NCBI GenBank assembly: GCA_034670305.1
Contig: JAXMNT010000015.1
Coordinates: forward strand, 64,001-128,000
Reading direction: 5' to 3'
Origin: Deltaproteobacteria bacterium
GTDB taxonomy: Bacteria; Myxococcota_A; Polyangia; Polyangiales; Houyiibacteriaceae
Length of the DNA: 64,000 nt
The notes beneath the pieces are model-generated. The model saw only the letters and a list, made by a program, of their open reading frames with translations. It ran no database searches and was not told the origin of the DNA. A program made the translations under genes and the position numbers. This document shows, in pieces, positions 61,213 to 64,000 of this stretch (the first letter of the stretch is position 1; each line of letters opens with the position of its first letter).

Positions 61213-61400
61213 GCGCCATGCGTCATGGGGCGCCAGTCTCGCGAAGCGCGCCACCCGTGGCGGCCCTAGGAGCGAAGCGACGAGCAGGTCTGGAGGCGCT
61301 TCGAAGGGTTAGGAAAGCCGAAGCCGTCCGGCCCGAAAAAGAACCGGGCAGGACCTGAACGCGCGCGGCCTGGGTGGTCGACTGTGCGCGTCGCGTCTAC

Positions 61401-61720
61401 GAAGGCGGGGCTTGTTTGCTGGACAGGGCGGCGGGGTTCCGGCTCGAGGGGACTTCCAGCGCCGTTGAGACCAGGCGGCACGGATGCGGGGCTTGTTGCC
61501 AATGCAGCATGCTGCTGCACCGCTTTGAGCAGGTGGGGAGGAGGCCGAAGGCCGGAGGGGAACCCTTCCCCCTCAGCAAGCACTGCCGTGTTCGAACGAG
61601 TCGCCGGAGGCCTCGAGGACTGCGCCGCTCCTACGCCCGCGCGGAACCGCACGCAGCCGGCTCCGGGCCATGAAGCGCAGCGCCCGGTCTCGTCCCCCGC
61701 AGCTGGAAAGTGGCTGCGCT
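61401..61720. repeat. Left long imperfect inverted repeat of the RAYT-like element (carries a 53-nt REP insertion)
   Basis: Reverse-complement similarity to 62517-62786, including a perfect 33-nt block 61496-61528 vs 62656-62688. Confidence 0.85.
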
Positions 61721-61749
61721 CGGCGAGACTCGGCGCGAGACTCGGGTGT

Positions 61750-62463
61750 TCACGAACACGCCTTCGACTTGTGTCTCGGGCCCGGTCGCTCGTCGGGGTG
61801 GATCAGCCCGCGTTTGCGCCATCCCACGCGCAACAGCCACGTGTGTGCGCGTGGCATCGGTGGGCCGCAGTCGAGTGGGGGTTTGGGAGCGGACGACCAT
61901 CCATCGAAGTGCGGCGCCGTGGAACAGGGGTCGACCCAGCCAGGTCGAAACGTGCGGAGGGAACCCGCGTGCTTGCGCTTGTTGTTGAGCACGTAGCGAA
62001 GCGCGTGGCGGACCTGCGTTGGGGTGGAAAGAACTTCGGCGTGGTAGCGGTCCGGGAAGAGCTTCCCCGACCGTCCGAGGTACCGGTTCACACGCTTCGC
62101 GAGCCGGATCAGCAAGCCCTGCATGCCACGTGAAAGCGCCTCCGTGCTCTTCGCTTCCACGATGAGGTGGATGTGGTTCGTCTGGATCGAGAAGTGAACG
62201 ATGCGCATGCCGTTGCGCTCGGCCGCCTGCTCGAAGATCGAGAACAGCAGCCGGCTGAGACGACGCCCGCGAAGATTCGGAACGTCGGAAGCCACCTTGA
62301 TCGTGACGTGGACCGGGTTGCGGTTGGCAACTTTGACCCGCGGCCGATGCGACACCCCCGCGCGTTCACCCTTCGGCTTGCGACCGGCGCCCGCACGGCG
62401 ACCTCCCCACGTGCCGGGAAGCGAAAGGTCGAGCTGTTTCGGTTTGCGAGAGCGACGCGCCAT
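61750..62463 (-). mobile_element. REP-associated tyrosine transposase (RAYT-like, IS200/Y1 HUH family)
   Basis: PVHVT, HFSIQTNHIHLIVEA (HUH), GKLFPDRYH, LRYVLNN (catalytic Tyr); flanked by long inverted repeats and REP-like elements. Confidence 0.9.
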
Positions 62464-62516
62464 CTTGATTGAGCAATAGTACCACAATCCGTCTCCAGTT
62501 CAAGGAGTTTCTTGAC

Positions 62517-62786
62517 TGCGCAGCCACCTATTGGGGGCGCTGGGCTCGGCCGCGCGCTGCGCTTCGTGCCGTGAGCCGGCAGCCTCTGCCCCCGTCCGGG
62601 CGTAGGAGCCTCGCAGCGGTCAAAGCCATCCGGCGACCGTTCCGAACACGGCAGTTCAAAGCGGTGCAGCAGCATGCTGCATTGGCAAAGGAGCCCCGTC
62701 CGCGCGCCGCTGAGCACCTGCCGCTCGAGTGCACATCCTCCCGCCGGAACCCGGCCGCCCTATCCAGCAAACAAGCCCCCGCCTCA
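62517..62786. repeat. Right long imperfect inverted repeat of the RAYT-like element
   Basis: Reverse complement aligns with 61401-61720 apart from the 53-nt insertion. Confidence 0.85.
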
Positions 62787-62847
62787 CGGACGCAGCGCCC
62801 AGCTGATGGCCGAGTGCGCGCTCGGGCCCTTAAGCCGCCTGAGAATG

Positions 62848-63000
62848 TATTCTTGGGGGCACGGCCCCCAAACCCCGTCCGTGACACGGCTTGCTCGCTT
62901 CGCTCGGCTTCGCCGCGTCGGATATTCTTGGGGGCACGGCCCCCAAACCCCGTCCGTGACACGGCTTGCTCGCTTCGCTCGGCTTCGCCGCGTCGGATAT
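62848..63000. repeat. Two perfect tandem 75-bp REP-like units
   Basis: TATTCTTGGGGGC-ACG-GCCCCCAAACCCC...GCTCGCTTCGCTCGGCTTCGCCGCGTCGGA starting at 62848 and 62923. Confidence 0.92.
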
Positions 63001-63071
63001 GCGAGCAGACACCCGCGTCCAAGTCGTGCACTCTCGTCGGGATCGCAGCGCGGCTGTGGGGGAGGTACCCG

Positions 63072-63470
63072 ATGACTGAAGAAGCGGCGAAGCCCGAAGA
63101 GTTCAACCTGATGATGGGCATCGCGGGGGCGGCGGCAGGCGCCATCGCGATCGGACTGGCCTACGGCGCAGTCGGTATGTTCGTGGCGGAGTACAAGTGG
63201 CTCGCGCTGGCCACGGGGGCGGCGTCGGGCGTGGCGGCGGTTCGACTGGCCAAGGGCTACTCGATTCCGCTGGGCGCGGCGGCCGCGGTCTTGACCTTGG
63301 TGGGGATCATCGCCGGCAAGATGCTCATCCGACCCGAAGGCGCCGACTGGGTCGCGTACCACACGACGATGTTCGACATCTTGTTCTGCTACATCGGCGC
63401 ACCCGCCACCGCGTTCGTGGCGGCCGGCACCGCGGCGGGCGGTTCGATTCGGGAACACCTTCCGTTCTGA
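63072..63470 (+). CDS. Hypothetical membrane protein (4 TM)
   Basis: GGAGG SD, ATG at 63072, hydrophobic helices. Confidence 0.8.
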   Translation: MTEEAAKPEEFNLMMGIAGAAAGAIAIGLAYGAVGMFVAEYKWLALATGAASGVAAVRLAKGYSIPLGAAAAVLTLVGIIAGKMLIRPEGADWVAYHTTMFDILFCYIGAPATAFVAAGTAAGGSIREHLPF

Positions 63471-63494
63471 GGGGGAGCCGGTTCGACGGACGAG

Positions 63495-63531
63495 AAACGC
63501 CCCGGCCGGACGGTCGGGGCGTTTTTTTTTT
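63495..63531 (+). terminator. Rho-independent terminator
   Basis: AAACGCCCCGGCC-loop-GGTCGGGGCGTTT followed by a long T run. Confidence 0.9.
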
Positions 63532-63792
63532 GGGGAGGGTTGGGCGATCACTCGCCGGCTTCGGCCACCTCCGCAGGCAGTGGCGTGGACGTCACCGCAG
63601 GACCGATGAGCGCGGCCACCGCCGGACTCATGGCTGGGAACGAGTCGGCCGCGGCCCGAAGCTCGCGGCGGAGCTCCATCCGGGTGGTCTCCGGCAGCTC
63701 GAACCACAACGCCTCGAAGCGGACGTCCGCGTGAATCGCATCGGATTGCCCGGAAAAGCCACGCCCCTTGCCAGCGGGCCTCGCGCCAGGTA

Positions 63793-63806
63793 AATGAACG
63801 TTCATT
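63793..63806. promoter_or_regulatory. Palindromic operator (TetR-like) upstream of acyl-CoA dehydrogenase
   Basis: Perfect AT-rich palindrome AATGAACGTTCATT, about 40 nt before the start codon. Confidence 0.6.
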
Positions 63807-63845
63807 CATTTTCTGCGTTCCGGGGCGACCGGACGAGGAGTCCCG

Positions 63846-64000
63846 ATGTTCCAGCCGTTCACCGAAGACCACAACGCGTTCCGAAAGCTGGTGCGCGACT
63901 TCGCCGAGAAGGAACTCGCGCCCCAGGTGGACGCCTGGGAAGAGGCGGAGCTCTTTCCGGACTCGGTCTTCCAGCGGGCGGGGGAGCTCGGGATTCTCGG
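63846..64000 (+). CDS. Acyl-CoA dehydrogenase, N-terminus (truncated by window edge)
   Basis: GAGGAG SD; MFQPFTEDHNAFRKLVRDFAEKELAPQVDAWEEAELFP...AGELGIL. Confidence 0.88.
   Translation, partial: MFQPFTEDHNAFRKLVRDFAEKELAPQVDAWEEAELFPDSVFQRAGELGIL

Noticed and set aside
62848-63000. Possible CRISPR array
   Set aside because: Two identical 75-nt units with no unique spacers and no cas genes in the window.
63548-63805. 85-aa minus-strand ORF
   Set aside because: No recognisable motif and its start overlaps the putative operator; cannot be supported.

Overview
High-GC chromosomal window from a myxobacterium (Myxococcota, probably Polyangiales/Sandaracinaceae-like; inferred from Cys-rich and MopE-type repeat lipoproteins, a Ser/Thr pseudokinase, an FHA-sigma54 activator and the ccsA-hemA-hemC order). 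It holds about 60 genes. Housekeeping genes: aroC, dut, pnp, rpsO, hemA, hemC, trxA, glmU, thiO, rseP. Other genes: secreted lipoproteins and proteases, an ECF sigma cluster, a LytS/LytTR pair, an orphan RHS toxin/immunity pair and a REP-associated tyrosine transposase (RAYT-like) inside long inverted repeats. I saw no rRNA, tRNA, CRISPR array or reverse transcriptase. The main unexplained structure is a family of nine mosaic hexamer tandem arrays (GCCGAA/GCCGAC/GCGGAA/GCGGTA/GCGACA/GAGACA units). Two paralogous four-helix-bundle (Avd/23S-IVP-like) genes 25 kb apart share the same 3' layout: stop codon, exactly 6 nt, a conserved G.U-containing hairpin, then a hexamer tail whose unit differs between the copies. 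Arrays also sit at gene-truncation and rearrangement junctions (RHS island, inverted rpsO). This four-helix-bundle/hairpin/hexamer-tail module is my best candidate for an undescribed mobile or repeat-generating system. All product calls come from motif recognition by eye; no database search was run.
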